Both the position numbers and the translations under genes were made by a program. DNA of 64,000 nucleotides, taken from the NCBI RefSeq assembly GCF_963921235.1, contig NC_086108.1, forward strand, positions 94,924,001 to 94,988,000, read 5' to 3'. The stretch comes from Mobula hypostoma (taxonomy: Eukaryota). A model generated the notes under the pieces. That model was not told the origin of the DNA. It saw only the letters and a program-made list of their open reading frames with translations, and made no database searches. Numbering within the stretch: position 1 is the stretch's first letter; each line of letters starts with the position of its first letter. Shown in pieces: positions 10,905 through 23,889 of the stretch.

Positions 10905-13859
10905 CCTACTGCGAAGTTATTGAAACAAATAGCCCGTGAGCCAGGACCCCAAATTTGGGCCACCGGTACCATCTGGGGGGAATGATTCTTATAATGATTT
11001 TTAGTGAGGTATACACCCCTAGTGCTAGAAAATATGTGATAGCATTGCAGCGGTGGTAGCCTTCTGTAAGGGGGACTGGGAGTTGCACCTCCATACTATA
11101 AGAATCATGATCCCATGGTGCTTTGCCTATAAGAGGAATTATGCACTGTCCCCTTACTTTGCTCAGATGATGAACCTCCCAGAGAAGAATCCTTCTGTGT
11201 ATGAGGCTTTCAAGACAGGCCAATTCTCAGTGCAGCTGTCAAGTAACAACCCCTTTGGGCAGATCCCTGTGGACCAGGCTATTGAAGCCACAGTGAACAA
11301 AGACACACAGACTCCTGGAGGCACATCACAGTTCAGCCTGAATGCTGGAGCTATCAAGCGTTACTACATAACAGCTGAGCACTGCAGTGCATTCCTGGGA
11401 CAGTTAAGGGAGATGGTGCAGGGCAACAAATCAGAGCTTTGTCATGCGGAGCTACAACAGCCAAGAATCCAGAAAGATGAGGAAACAGATACAGCAGTGG
11501 TTAGCCTCATACATGAATGAGTCGACCCATTTGCAGAGAAGCGGGACCTCATTAGCATCTCTATGGCAAGGGCAGCCCCCAAGGACGTTGCCTCCGACCT
11601 GATGAAGGCATATGAGATTGGTGAGCAATGCAATGCAACCTTCAAGGATGAGTGACCAGAGGAAGACCCACCAGCAAAGAAGTTCCATGACCCAATGAAA
11701 ACCAACAAGCTGAAAACATTCAGTGATATGTGTAAGAATAGAGAAGTGAAGTCAAATGGGAGGGCTATCATCTTGAAAGCAGACAGATCTGTGCTTGGAC
11801 ACATCATAGTGATGGCACAAGGGCGCAGTCTACGTATGAAGGATATCCTTTTTCATCCCCTTGGACCATTGCCCTGGACCCTGTCCACACCAGAAGAATT
11901 GCTGAGAAAGACAAATAAAGCTACTTTAGCCACAACCTTGCAGAAAAATGTAGCAGTAGAAGAGCAACTCCCAGGAAACTGCTGCAGTGGTTGATGGAAT
12001 GAACTTGGTCCAAAGAGTGAAAGGTGTTCAAGTTACTTTCAGCGATGTTGCCACAACAATTCTGGGTATGGTTCTGAGGGAAGGCAGTCAGAGTAGCAGA
12101 ATAGATGTTGTATTCGACACATACAAGGAGAACTCTGTCAAGAATAGTGAAAGATCTCTATGGGGTGAAGAGACTGGTCGCGAGTTGCAAGGTATCACAG
12201 GCACACGGATGGTGAGCTAGTGGAGGAGCTTCCTGACCAAAGTCAGTAACAAAAATAGTTTCATTAGCTTCATAGTCCATGTATGGAGGAAGGCAGAGTA
12301 CAGAGCAAAGCTACAGGAGAAGATTCTGTATGCAATTATGAATGACAAATGTTAGAGAATCACATCTCAAGACAGTGAGGAGGTGTCAGCTCTTCAGTCT
12401 CAACAAGAAGAAGCAGATGGCCGCCTATCTCCATGCTGCCCATGCCACGAGAGAGGGATACCAATCTGTAGTGATCTGCTCAGAAGACACAGATGAAACA
12501 ATGTACAGGGAGGAGGTCAAACACCTAGACCTCCAGTGGTGCAGTGTTAACAACTTGATGCTTAATATCACTAAAACCAAGGAGATGATCGTCGATTTCA
12601 GACGGTCTCAGCCTGAGCACACACCGCTCAGCATCAGCGCAGTGGAGAGAGTGGAAAACATCAAGTTCCTTGGGGTGCAGATCTTTGACTTTCTCAGCTG
12701 GTCCAGGAACACCACTGGGATTGTGAAATGGGCCCAGCAGAGATTGCACTTTCTGAGGAAGCTTAAACAAGCATCACTCCCCACTATCATCTTAACTACA
12801 TTCTACAGAGGCGTGGTTGAGAGTGTGCTGACTTTTTGTATCACAACCTGGTGCTCCAGCTGCAGTGCTGTCAACAAAAAAGCTTTGCAGAGGGTGGTTA
12901 GGGGAGCAGAGAAGGTTATTGGGGTCTCCCTACCTTCTGTCCAAGACCTCTTTCAGAGTCAATGCCTCCAGAAGACACGGTACATCATTAAAGACCCCTC
13001 ACACCCTCTCCATGAACTGTTCGTTCTTCTGCCATCAGGTAAACGTTACAGGAGCATCAACACTAAAACCACAAGGCTACTAAACAGCTTCCTCCCTCTT
13101 CCTTCCTTCTTAGTCAGACTGCTAAATAGCTGCTCTACCTGACTCTGCTTTTGGACACTTTTAACTTGCACTGGACACTTATAACTTATTTTTAACTGAC
13201 ATGTGGCTGTTGTGTTTTACTATTTATTGTTATGTTTATTATTTAGTGTTGCATTTGTTATGTAATGATTGCACTGCTCCTGGGAAACGCTGTCTCATTC
13301 TGCCCTGCAGAGCTGATGTATGGTTAGAATGACAATGAAGTTTTTTGAATCTTGAATCTTTGAATGTCTTTATCATGTCTTTAGCATTTTGTGCCAAGAT
13401 TGAGGAGGCCCCATTGTTCCAGAAGTGTGGCACTGTGTCAAAAAAGGTGATCTCGAAAGTCATCAACTCCCACCATGCAAGGACTGCTTAACAAAACATG
13501 CACAGCGAGCCAACTACCAAGCTGGTACATGGAGAAGATGTTTAGAGAAGGACCCACAAGTGCCAAGCCCTGTTGGCAGAGGATGGAAGATGGAGAGAGA
13601 AGAGGAAGCTGAACAGTTGGTGGTGCACTGGATGGAAGGCCAGCCAGCACCCGATGCCGTCCTGGATCTACTGGGCTGTAACTGTCCAAAAAAATGTTCA
13701 TTCCTAAGATGTATGTGTGTTGCAAATGGCCTCAGGTGTACTGACGTGTAGATTGGCAGACTGTGAGAACCAGGCATCCACCTCAGAGAGTGTGGAAAGT
13801 TCAGATGAAGATGTGGAAGACTTGGAAAATTATTATGATTATTAATAGGTTATGAAAGT
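10905..13859 (+). mobile_element. Internally deleted, degenerate AcademX-like DNA transposon (transposase fragment, XPG/PIN-like nuclease, C-terminal Cys-rich CXC)
   Basis: Frameshifted peptides GDWELHL..MIPWCFA, DQAIEATVNKD, LRKTNKATL, VDGMNLVQ, RIDVVFDTY, QEEAD..LHA, SEDTD|VFI, LPPCKDCL..H..RANYQ, GRGW and CNCPKKC..RCMC..NGLRCT. Confidence 0.7.
12496..13362 (+). mobile_element. 5'-truncated Rex1/Babar-like LINE inserted into the Academ-like ORF
   Basis: NITKTKEMIVDFRR, FLGVQI, QQRLHFLRKL, LLPSGKRYRS; tail of ttgaatc repeats at ~13345-13362. Confidence 0.85.
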
Positions 13860-14660
13860 TGTTAAATACCCCGTAATGGGTTAAAGAACCAGCAGAAATG
13901 GAACACACCTGGAGTCTGGTTTTGCTGTTAACTAATGCTATTTTATTAGTGACTACATAATAAAGTAACGTAAAACCAGATAAATCAAACAAGTTAGCAC
14001 AGATTATGCATATATAGGGGTGGAAAGATAAAACCCAAACTTCCTCAAGCTTAGGTGGTAATTGATACAGTCTTACGATGGTAGGTAAACAAAGTCAGTT
14101 CAGTTTGTGTTATTGAGTTGAGTGGAATTCAGGAGAGAGAGAGGTGTTGTCCACGTAAGCCGATGCCGTAGATTCTTCCCATTGTCCTCCGAAACTTCCA
14201 AGTTAGCCAAACTTGACCAATTTAAGAGCGCCGTCTTCAAGTGATAGTCTACCAACCCAGGCAAGGGTTAGATACACTGGTAGACTCCACAGAGTCATTT
14301 TTTCATGCACTAATAATCACAGATCGATTCCTCTCAATCGATCCTCAGGTCCCACACTCGTGGGCACCTGAAAAGTATAGTGGTAACTTCACCACACCTT
14401 AGTGCATTTACGTGTCCTGTGTCGCTGGTTTATATACTGTTGTGCTGAACACCAGCTGCCATCAAGTAGCTCCTCCTCTCTCTCTGTAGGAACGCAGAAG
14501 CTGGCAGTGTCCTTGCAGAAATCCCAAACAAACTGTGAGCAGTCTTCGCCTCTCTCTCTTTCTCTCTGTAACAAGCTGTTTGTGCTGTACAGCTGCACGC
14601 TCTCTCTTTCTCTCTTTTTAAAGGCACAATCCATAATGAATACCTCAGGATATCGTCACA
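13860..14660 (-). mobile_element. Gypsy 3' LTR (801 bp)
   Basis: Minus strand TGTGACG...TTAACA, immediately preceded by the polypurine tract aaaaggagggagg (14661-14673). Its terminal region is similar to the solo LTR at 44028-45444. Confidence 0.85.
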
Positions 14661-14785
14661 CCTCCCTCCTTTTGGGAAAAATTTTGATCAAGGAGCAAAA
14701 TTTTTGTTTAACTGTAGATTACAAATCTTGAAACAATACATGTATAATTATCAAATAACATAGTAAAACATATACAAATTTTAAC

Positions 14786-15943
14786 TTAACATCTGGATAA
14801 ACAATCGGCTATAATGTTGTCAGTACCTTTTACATGTTTTATTTCCATGTCAAATTCTTGCAAGATCAGATTCCAGTTTAGTAATGGATTATGGTCAGTG
14901 TATATCACTAGTGGTTTCTGCGCAGGACATAAGTAGACATCAAAGTGTTGCACAGCTAAAATGAGTGATAGCAACTCCTTTTCGACAGTGGAATAATTCT
15001 TCTGGTGCACATTAGATTTCTTTAAGAAATAAGCTACAGGATGTTCAATGTCATCATCACCCTTTTGTAACAATACTGCCCTGGCAGCTTTGTCACTAGC
15101 GTCTGTTGCTATAGAAAATGGTTTAGTAAAATCAGGGGCTTTGAGCACAGGTTGATAACACAGGTTAGTTTTTAGTCGTTCAAAGGCCTCCTGGCAAAGC
15201 TCACTCCATACAAATCTTTCACTCTTCCCTAGTAGTTTCATTAGGAGGAGAGCGATATCCGCAAAGTTTTTACAAAACTTGCGGTAATATTCCACCATTC
15301 CTAAAAACCTTCTTAAAGCTTTCTTGCCTGTCGGAACGGGAACCTCCGCAATAGCTTGAACCTTGGCCCCGACCTACTACATAACCAAGATAAGTAACAG
15401 TAGCATGACCAAACTCACTTTTAGCAAGCTTAACAGTAAGATTGGCCTTGGAAAGCCTGGCAAACAGCTTCTCTACTGCTGAGATATGTTCTTCCCAGGT
15501 GTCATTCCATACCACCAAATCATCAATATAAGCCCCTGTATTTTCTAAACCTCGAATCACAGAATTGATCATTCTTTGGAATGTCCCTGGAGCATTTTTC
15601 ATTCCAAAGGATAAAACATTATACTCATACAGACCAGGTGGTGTTACAAACACAGAGATTTCTCTCGCCCTTTCTGTCAAGGGAACAATCTTTGGTCAAT
15701 CTTTGTAAGGTATTTAGCCTTTCCAACCTTATCAATACAGTCATCCAGTCTTGGAATAGGATAAGCATCTGTTTTAGTCACTGCATTAGCATTCCTGTAA
15801 TCAGTACAGAATCTCATGCTGCAGTCCACCTTAGGCACAATAATGCAGGGCGACGCCCAGTCTGAGGTAGATGGCCTAATGATACCGTCTGCCAGCATGT
15901 ACCCAATTTCTTGTTCGGCTATTTTACTCTTTTCTAAGTCCAT
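14786..15943 (-). pseudogene. Gypsy pol remnant: RT and RNase H, frameshifted
   Basis: WASPCIIVPK, FCTDYR, FGMKNAPGTFQR, YIDD, TDASD, YSTVEKELL, YTDHNPL, NIIADCLSRC*. Confidence 0.92.
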
Positions 15944-15944
15944 T

Positions 15945-16650
15945 TAGGAATCAGATGGCAGAGGGGAAGAAGCTGTTCCTGAATCGCTGAGTGTGTGCCT
16001 TCAGGCTTCTGTATCTCCTACCTGACGGTAACAGTGAGAAAAGTGCTTGCCCTGGGTGCTGGAGGTCTTTAATAATGGACGCTGCCTTTCTGAGACATCG
16101 CTTCCTTAAGATGTCCTGGATAGTTTGTAGGCTAGCGCCCAAGATGCAGTCAACTAGATTTACGACCTTCTGCAGCCTCTTTCGGTCCTGTGCAGTAGCC
16201 CCTCCATACCAGACAGTGATGCAGTCTGTCAGAATGCTCTCCACGGTGCAACTATAGAAGTTTTTGAGTATATTGTTGACATGCCATATCGCTTCAAACT
16301 CCTAATAAAGTATAGCTGCTGTCTTGCCTTCTTTATGACTACATCAATATGCTGGGACCAGGTTAGATCCTCAGAGATTTTGACACCCAGGAACTTGAAG
16401 CTGCTCATTCTCTCCACTTCTGATCCCTCTATGAGGATTGGTGCATGTTCCTTCATCTTACCCTTCCTGAAGTCCACAATCAGCTCTTTTGTCTTACTGA
16501 CATTGAGTGCCAGGTTGTTGCTGCGGCACCACTCCACTAGTTGGCATATCTCACTCCTGTACACCCTCTCGTCGCCACCTGGGATTCTACCAACAATGGT
16601 TGTATCGTCAGCAAATTTGTAGATGGTGTTTGAGCTATGCCTAGCCATGC
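15945..16650 (-). mobile_element. Rex1/Babar-like LINE RT C-terminal fragment, adjoined by an opposite-strand LINE tail at ~16650-16920
   Basis: YKFADDTTIVG, NVSKTKELIVDFRK, ESILTDCITVWYG, FSLLPSGRRYRS. Confidence 0.85.
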
Positions 16651-18283
16651 ATTTACAGCATGGAAGGAAGCCATTGTTTCCCTGCTGAAATACCCTAGCT
16701 CTGACTTGATAACATCTCTGCCCTTTAACACACCCACCACCACCGCTACTTTATCAGTCACCTGTACCTAGCATCATTTTATGTGTGTATGTGTATAGGC
16801 TAATCTCATGTATTTATTGTGTTCTTTATGCTTACTGCTTTTTATCCAGAGTAACAACCATTTTGCCTTCCTTTACACTTGTGTACTGAAGAATGACAAT
16901 AAACAATCTTGAATCTTGTAATCGCAGTATTAATGTGGGCTGTCTGATTAAGTTAGTGACCACTGGAGATTTGATGCCAAAAGAAAATGATCAGCTTCTA
17001 TTTTGCTTGCCGTTCCTTGGCACTTTTGTAGCCTAAATCAACCCTAAAGGTCATCCAAGTCTGGCTTCAAGGAGCCGTGCACTACTTCATCAGCAGCTGC
17101 TGGAAACAGATTCAATTATAGCATTTGAAAAGAAATTTCAATAATACTTTGAACAGAAAAAACTTTGCAATTATTTTGGAATTAAAGCTGGAAATGATCT
17201 GGCACAGGAATGACAGTCAAAATGGCCTCGACCTGATTCATTGAGACTTGCCTTTCAGTTTTTTTCACAATACTCAACAGAGTAGAACAGTATGAACCTG
17301 ATGAAATCCACTGCATTTAAAATAGCCCACTCACTGAGCATTTGGGCTTTATTTTTATGAGCTATCTACATATTTGTCAGCTATGCTATGTTTTAAAAGT
17401 TGGGGTGAATGCAGTCCTCTGTCATTTAAGAATCCGCTTAAAACACTACACTGTATCCAGGGTTTGAACACTATTTTTGTGCTTTTGTGACCAAAACTAA
17501 ATTCAGCCTGAGGGCAAACCAGACATTTTATCAAGTGCCTGACTTAAACTGCTATTACCAATAATCATGTTGCTTGCTTTCTTAATTGCTGTGCTGCATT
17601 TAAATATGACCATTATAAATACAACCTATCATGCCAGATTTCTATCATTCTAATGTGTGAGGTTAGGTCTAGGTCTTGATAATTTGTTATTTTGTGTTAT
17701 TTGGGAAATTTTAAGATTTTCTACAAAAGTAGTGGGATTAGTTACTTTAATTGGGCCACCATTAAAAAATAACAGACCCTTGCATTTAAACCTTTCTGAA
17801 TCAGGTTTATTACCACTGACATATTGTGAGATTTGTTGCAGTACAGTACAAAACATAAAAACTAAAGTAGGTTACAAAAATAAATTGGTAATGCAAAAAA
17901 TTTTATTTGCTTACCTCAGAATCAGAATGTTGCAATGTGCAGATCCCAATCTGGGGATTTCAGAGGGTAATTTATACCAGACAAACATTTTCCTGTGTCC
18001 TGACAAAAATTTATGTCACAACAAACATCACTAAAATCAATTTCCTATTGATCTCATTGTTGTACAATGTTTCCTTAATCACATTACAGCAATTGGCTGC
18101 ATTTCAATAAATTGGCTGAAAATCCCTTTGAGTAAAAGGTACTTTAAGCAAATCTTCTTTTTGCCCCTTTTACTTCAGTAGTTCAGTCAATAGCACAGAT
18201 TATAGGTACAAATCCTACTTCAGAAGAATGAAGTCTTACTACCTTCTTCCACCACCGACCCCCATACATACATACATATATGT

Positions 18284-18455
18284 AGGCATCCATTAGTCCC
18301 GTGAGACCATGGATTTGTGCCTTGGAAGGTTTCCAGGGTGCAGGCCTGGGTAAGGTTGTATGGAAGACCAGCAGTTGCCCATACTGCAAGTCTCCCCTAT
18401 CCATGCCACCGATATTGTCCAAGGGAAGGGCATTAGGGCCCATACAGCTTGGCAT
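18284..18455 (-). mobile_element. 3' fragment of the SINE family also present at 43750-45482
   Basis: Closely matches ~43756-43928 (catggatttg.gccttggaaggtttccagg...tacagcttggca). Confidence 0.8.
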
Positions 18456-18534
18456 CATATATATATAATACATACACAAGTGTGTACACTCCCCATACAT
18501 ACATACATACATACATATATATATACACACACAC
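18456..18534. repeat. Compound (TA)n/(TACA)n/(CA)n microsatellite
   Basis: Directly visible. Confidence 0.9.
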
Positions 18535-18879
18535 AAGTTCGTGTTTATGTGGCCGTTGGAGTATGGACTGAAAAGCCTGGTAGATGGACTAAATGCATAA
18601 TTCTGATAGAAGGAGATTTATCTCCTACAATAAGCTGAAGCTATCTGAAATCCCTGGTGATTTTAATAAATTACCAGATACTTCGGGTCAAATATGGGAC
18701 ATTCCTGATACGACTATTTATCAACATCACTGAAATAATCAGCATGTTCTCACATCGCTGCTCTATGGCCAGAAGTGTGCAAGTTGCCTGCTGCTTTTCG
18801 TACATTGGTTTCACTTCACATACCGTAAGTGCTCGACTTATTAGGCATTCGTGCCCTGTGCAAACCCAGCCCCTGCTTT

Positions 18880-19720
18880 AATGATTCACAGAGTCACGTT
18901 CGCTGTTCTTTTTGTCTGCAGTTGGAGGGAGAAATTGTGTCGGCTAACTCCGGCTCCTTGGCCGCATTCCAAAAAGCTGCTGGATGGCAGTGCGCCTTTA
19001 AACGCGAAAAAGTGATCGGAGCCGCCGGAGCAGCAAATGACAGCTCCAGCTCTAAAGCAAACCAGCAAAGGAAGGAAATGAAGCTTCTAATGAGCACGCC
19101 GGGTACCGGCGGTGATTTGCGTGGGCTTTATTTAGGTGGCTGCGGACGCTATCAGAGAGAAACGATGAAATAGGGCGGCTGGAGTGGATGTGCTTACATT
19201 GCCATGGCGAGGGGACTGCTTCCCTGGGCCTCCCTGAGGAAGATCTGCGGCAGTCACTACTACATCCAGGTGGGTGAAGCCGTCTGCTTTGAGCCGGTGT
19301 TTATGTTCAGTGAAGCCGATGCCTGTTAATCCTCGGTTTATATCGGGAGGGATGGTCCGCGGAAAAGCGGAACGCAGGGCAGGAAACGCGGGAGGGAAGT
19401 TTGCGTGGATGAGGAGGAAGGGGGGAGTGGGTGTTGGCGGCGGCGGAGCGGGATCCGAGCACCTCCGGCGGTTTTCGTTTGAAAACGGTCGTCGGCCGGG
19501 CCGGACCGAACCCGACCGGCGAGGCGCCGTCACGTGAGGCGGCCGCGGTCTGCGCGCGCGGAGCCTGCATTGAATGAATGGCCACGGTGCAGCGCGAGCG
19601 GGGACAGCTGCAACCTCCCCTCCCCGCAAAGAAACCGGTCGTGCCCACTTCCTTCCACACACAGCCTCTTATTAATAGCTTTTGTAAACCTCATGCATTT
19701 TGTATGTACCCAATGCCGCG
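18880..19720 (+). promoter_or_regulatory. DIPK1A: CpG island spanning the DIPK1A promoter, exon 1 and start of intron 1
   Basis: Abrupt GC- and CpG-rich stretch (e.g. 19380-19640) in AT-rich surroundings, containing the start-codon exon. Confidence 0.85.
19204..19269 (+). CDS. DIPK1A: DIPK1A (FAM69A) coding exon 1: MARGLLPWASLRKICGSHYYIQ
   Basis: Strong Kozak gccATGG; resembles human MARSLCPGAWLRKPYYLQ; phase-0 donor CAG|gtgggt compatible with exon 2. Too short to appear in the ORF track. Confidence 0.88.
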
Positions 19721-22700
19721 TGTGTGTATGTCTGTATCCTGTGTGTACACCAGGCATTTTGTCTGAGCGGCAACAGCGCCGTCTTTATCCGAAGTGCTGT
19801 TCATTTATGATATTATAAACGTTCTTTTCAGAATGTGTTGCTCTCCAATGTTTTGCTTTTATTCGGTTGGATTTAAAGAAAGTAAGCCAGCCGTCTGGAC
19901 GGTCTCTATTGTCACGAGAAGTATGCACCAAAGGTTGATTTCTGTGCTGTAGAAAACAATGGGTATCCAATTGCATTGTAAATACTAACGCTGAGTTGGG
20001 ACTTCTTGCAACGCAAAGCATATTTCGGAGTTCAAGGTGATCCATGTAAAATTGAATCAAGCCGACTATATCTTTGCTTGCAAAATGTGTTCGATTCTCT
20101 TTGTGGCATTGTTTGTAGTTGTGCTTGGGAACTAAATGGACAGTCAATATCCTTCCCTTCCTTATCCCTCTGGAAGTGACGCACTGGAACTATTAAATGT
20201 TCGGTGGAAGTATAGGATTTCATGGTTGTCATGTCATTTAAAAAAAACATCGGTCGGGTGTGCGGAGCATTCCGATCTCTGAGAAATGATCAGTTTACTT
20301 TCAGATTTAGGTGTTTAAGGAACGCATGAGAGGTTTGCACCCCTTCATCTGAAGAGTGGGTCAACCAATAATCAATTGACTATTATGTGAGCTTTCGAGT
20401 CAGCTCGGTATTTTTCGTCGTTGATTAAGACATGGAATTAACCAAACCAAGAGGAAATCCATCTTTAGTACCACTTGAGGCTGAGAATAAAATGCTGCAT
20501 GCAGCCTGAAGGGGTTTCGCAGCGTAAATTCCTTGACTCCTGTGCTGATTGATCGAATCCTCTCCCTTGCACCGTTCCCCCAAGATTGACGGTACTAATC
20601 ATACTTCAGGTGAATAGATTGGCACATAATTTTAAAACACTTGGTTTACGATAATCTTACCAATATAAGTAAGAGGAAAGCAGAGAGATTTTTGTTAGGA
20701 AAATAAAAATGTTTTATTTGATTTTCCCCTTGTTTTTTTAATGTCTCTTGGGAAATTTCTTGCACAAAAAATAAGTAGTTTAGCTCGTAATTTTGTTTAT
20801 TTTCCCACCTTGCTTCTTGTTTGATTTCTGTTGTGATTTTTCTTCTCTCTCTCTCTAAATGGTATACTGATGCACATCTTCATTCATTACTCTCCTGTGT
20901 TTACCTCTCCATATTTGTTTTGGTAGAAATGTCTTGTAATCTGGTGGATTTGTCATGCTCCACATAGCACTGTAATGCAACATTAAGGGAGTGATGCTCT
21001 GCACTGTCAAATCTACTGACTTTTGTATAGTGTGTTTCTTTCTCATGCAGTTCTTCTATTATAAGGAGAAAATATTTCTAACAGAAAGTAGAAACCTCAC
21101 ATCAGCTGCAGCCAGAGTGCTTGCACCTTGGGTGAAGGGAGAGTGGGACCTTCCCTACTGGCACATCGTTATGTGCATCAAACCATGTGCAAGACCATAA
21201 GACATAGGACCAGAATTAGGCCATTCAGCCCATTGAGTGTTCTGCCATTCCATCATGGCTAAGTAAAAGACATTAAGCCTATCTGGAAGAGAGATGTCAC
21301 AGTTATTGACATGCAGGATAGACTTTGTAGTCCATTATGGTTTGAACGCTCTGCCACATGAATCTCTTGTCTCTGGTGTCACAGAAGTGGCTGTAAATTC
21401 TTCGAATTATCACACTTCTCCCTTCCTGATGATAAAGGAAAGCAGAACTCTTGCTGACCTAAGAAAAATCTTATTCCCTAAACTGAAGGTAGTACCCTGA
21501 TCTCACAGCAGTGCCTGGACCTCTGCTGTCAACCATGACTTCTGATTTGCCCTCAGAGGCACATTTGATAATGGTGATTACCTCAATGCACTTCTTTGTA
21601 TGACCAGTTATCAATGTTAATCTGATGTTTGTAGTAGCTTCCTTCCTGAACACCTTCTGGTCAATGTTTTCAAAATAGTCCTGTTATGCTGAGGTTGCTA
21701 CTTCTGTCCAAGTCGTTGTCTCCCTTTGAAATGGTTTGACATGCTTAATCAGTGGTCTGTGTACAGGAATTAGCATTATAGGTAAGTGGTCTGTATAGGT
21801 AAGTGGTTAGATTATCCAAGGTGGGGGTGGAGTGCAGCCTTGTAAGTGCCATACAAATGCACCGGAGAACATGATTGAGCCCAGGTCACTGGACTTGTGG
21901 GGCAGCAACCGCACTTGGTGTATGACCCTATTTCTTCTGTTCCCTCAATCGCCCAACTCAGAGGTGTATTCCAGTAGAACAATGTTTCTTTTCCACTTTC
22001 AGCACCAGTTTTTCTAAAGTTTTAATTTAACTTTGCAGTTTATAACAAATCATACTGTGAACATCTGTTAAACAGGAATCAAATGGATGTAGTCCAAACT
22101 TGCTTCAGTTGATGTTCTTACAGCATAGAGAACAACGTGAATTTTATCCCTTTAACTTGGGACTGGATTTGAATCCAATTCCAAAAATGTAACCAGTTTC
22201 CTCCCCTAACGCTTGTCAAGTAACCCCTGAGTTCCTTTTTTTATGTATATTGATCACTAGAACAAACTAACGTTAGTTCCATGTTTGACTTTCACTAATT
22301 CAATCTGTTCTTTGATCAGGGGTCTTTATAATTAAATTTGGGACTTTTATTTTGGATCTGTCTTCCAGATTTGCCATTTTGCATATTTCCATCAAATCAT
22401 GTCAATGGTCACATTTTTCAGAAGATGAATTACCCACTTTGTTTGCCTTTTTCCATATGACATAAAATTAACATTGTAAATGTTTTGATGCTTTTGTGTT
22501 TCATCCTGTGCTTTAATAAAAACTATTTGCATATGATGCGTTTTGCAAAGTAGGAAAAGCAATCTTGAGGCATTTAACAGGAACACAATCAAATAAAATT
22601 TGACACTAATCTAGCTAAGGTTCCTGAGGGGCAGATGTCATAGTTGGTCATCGACGGAATATCCAAAAGAAGGGAAGTTGAATGCATAGCTGCCAGTGGT

Positions 22701-23889
22701 GATCAATAAATTTGGGAATGTTCAAAAGAGTGCAGATATCTTGAGTTGTAGGGATGATAGAAGTTGCGCCGATAGGGAAGGGTGATTGTTATGGACATAT
22801 TTTGAAAACAAAGATGAAAAGTTTTGAACTGTCATGCACAGGATTATTCACAAAAATATCCAGAAGATTCAATGCATTGATCTTGTCAAATGATTTTAAA
22901 AATTGCAACCAAATTGGATGTTTTCAGCCTGAAAGGAGATAAATGATACATGAAACATTTTTGGCTATAATTTTCCATAAAATCATATTAATTGTTGTTT
23001 GCAAAAGAACCACAAGTTGAAACAAGAAAATGCAGATCAAGTAGAGGAATGTTCAGTGGTAGGAAAGAACAAAGATCTATTTATAGTGTATATTCCCAAA
23101 ACCTCAAAGAAGCAGGACTATTACTGAGGTACTTTTAAAGATTCACTCAGAATACTTGTCCTTGATTGGTTGAGATCTAGAATATAAGAGCAGGAAGTTT
23201 ATGCTCAAATTGCATACAATTAAGTTTTTAAGTATGGTTCAGAAAGATAGGAAGATGTGATTCGACTCAGATAGGTGGAGTAGAGATTAACAAGGATTTT
23301 GCCCAGACTGGAAATTTTACTAATGAGAAAGAATTGGATATATCAGAATTGTTTTAATTTGGAATAGAATAATCTGAAGTGCTTCTATACTTCTGAGGTG
23401 TAAGATGTATAGTGCTGTAGAAGAGAGAAACCAAGGAATATTTGTATATTGTTCCCTGAAAGTGGAAACACAGATGGTGAAGAAGGCAACTGGAATAATT
23501 CAACTTTTTTTTTGCTTTGATGGTCTGAGGTACTCAACTGCTTCAAACAGGCATCATTTATACTGGTGTCCAAGAAGAATGTAGTAACCTGCCTCAGTGC
23601 TTATCACCCATTAGCACGTGCATCCATCATGATGAAGTGCTTTAAGAAGTTGGTCATAACTTCATTCCTTCTTCTGAGGAGTGACCTGCATCTGCTCCAA
23701 TTTGCCTACCTTCACAGAAAGGCGGCAGCAGATGCCTCCTCAGTTGCCCTTCGTTCAGCTCTGGAACTGAATGAAGTTTATGATCTAATGGAACACCTGG
23801 ACAATTAAGATGCACATGTCAGAATGCTCTTCATTGACTACAGCTCAGCTTTCAACACTATCATCCCCATGAAACCCATCACTAAACTA

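Noticed and set aside
18829..19818. Several overlapping 60-176 aa ORFs in the CpG island
   Set aside because: Expected in GC-rich, stop-poor DNA; the real coding part is the 66-nt DIPK1A exon 1.
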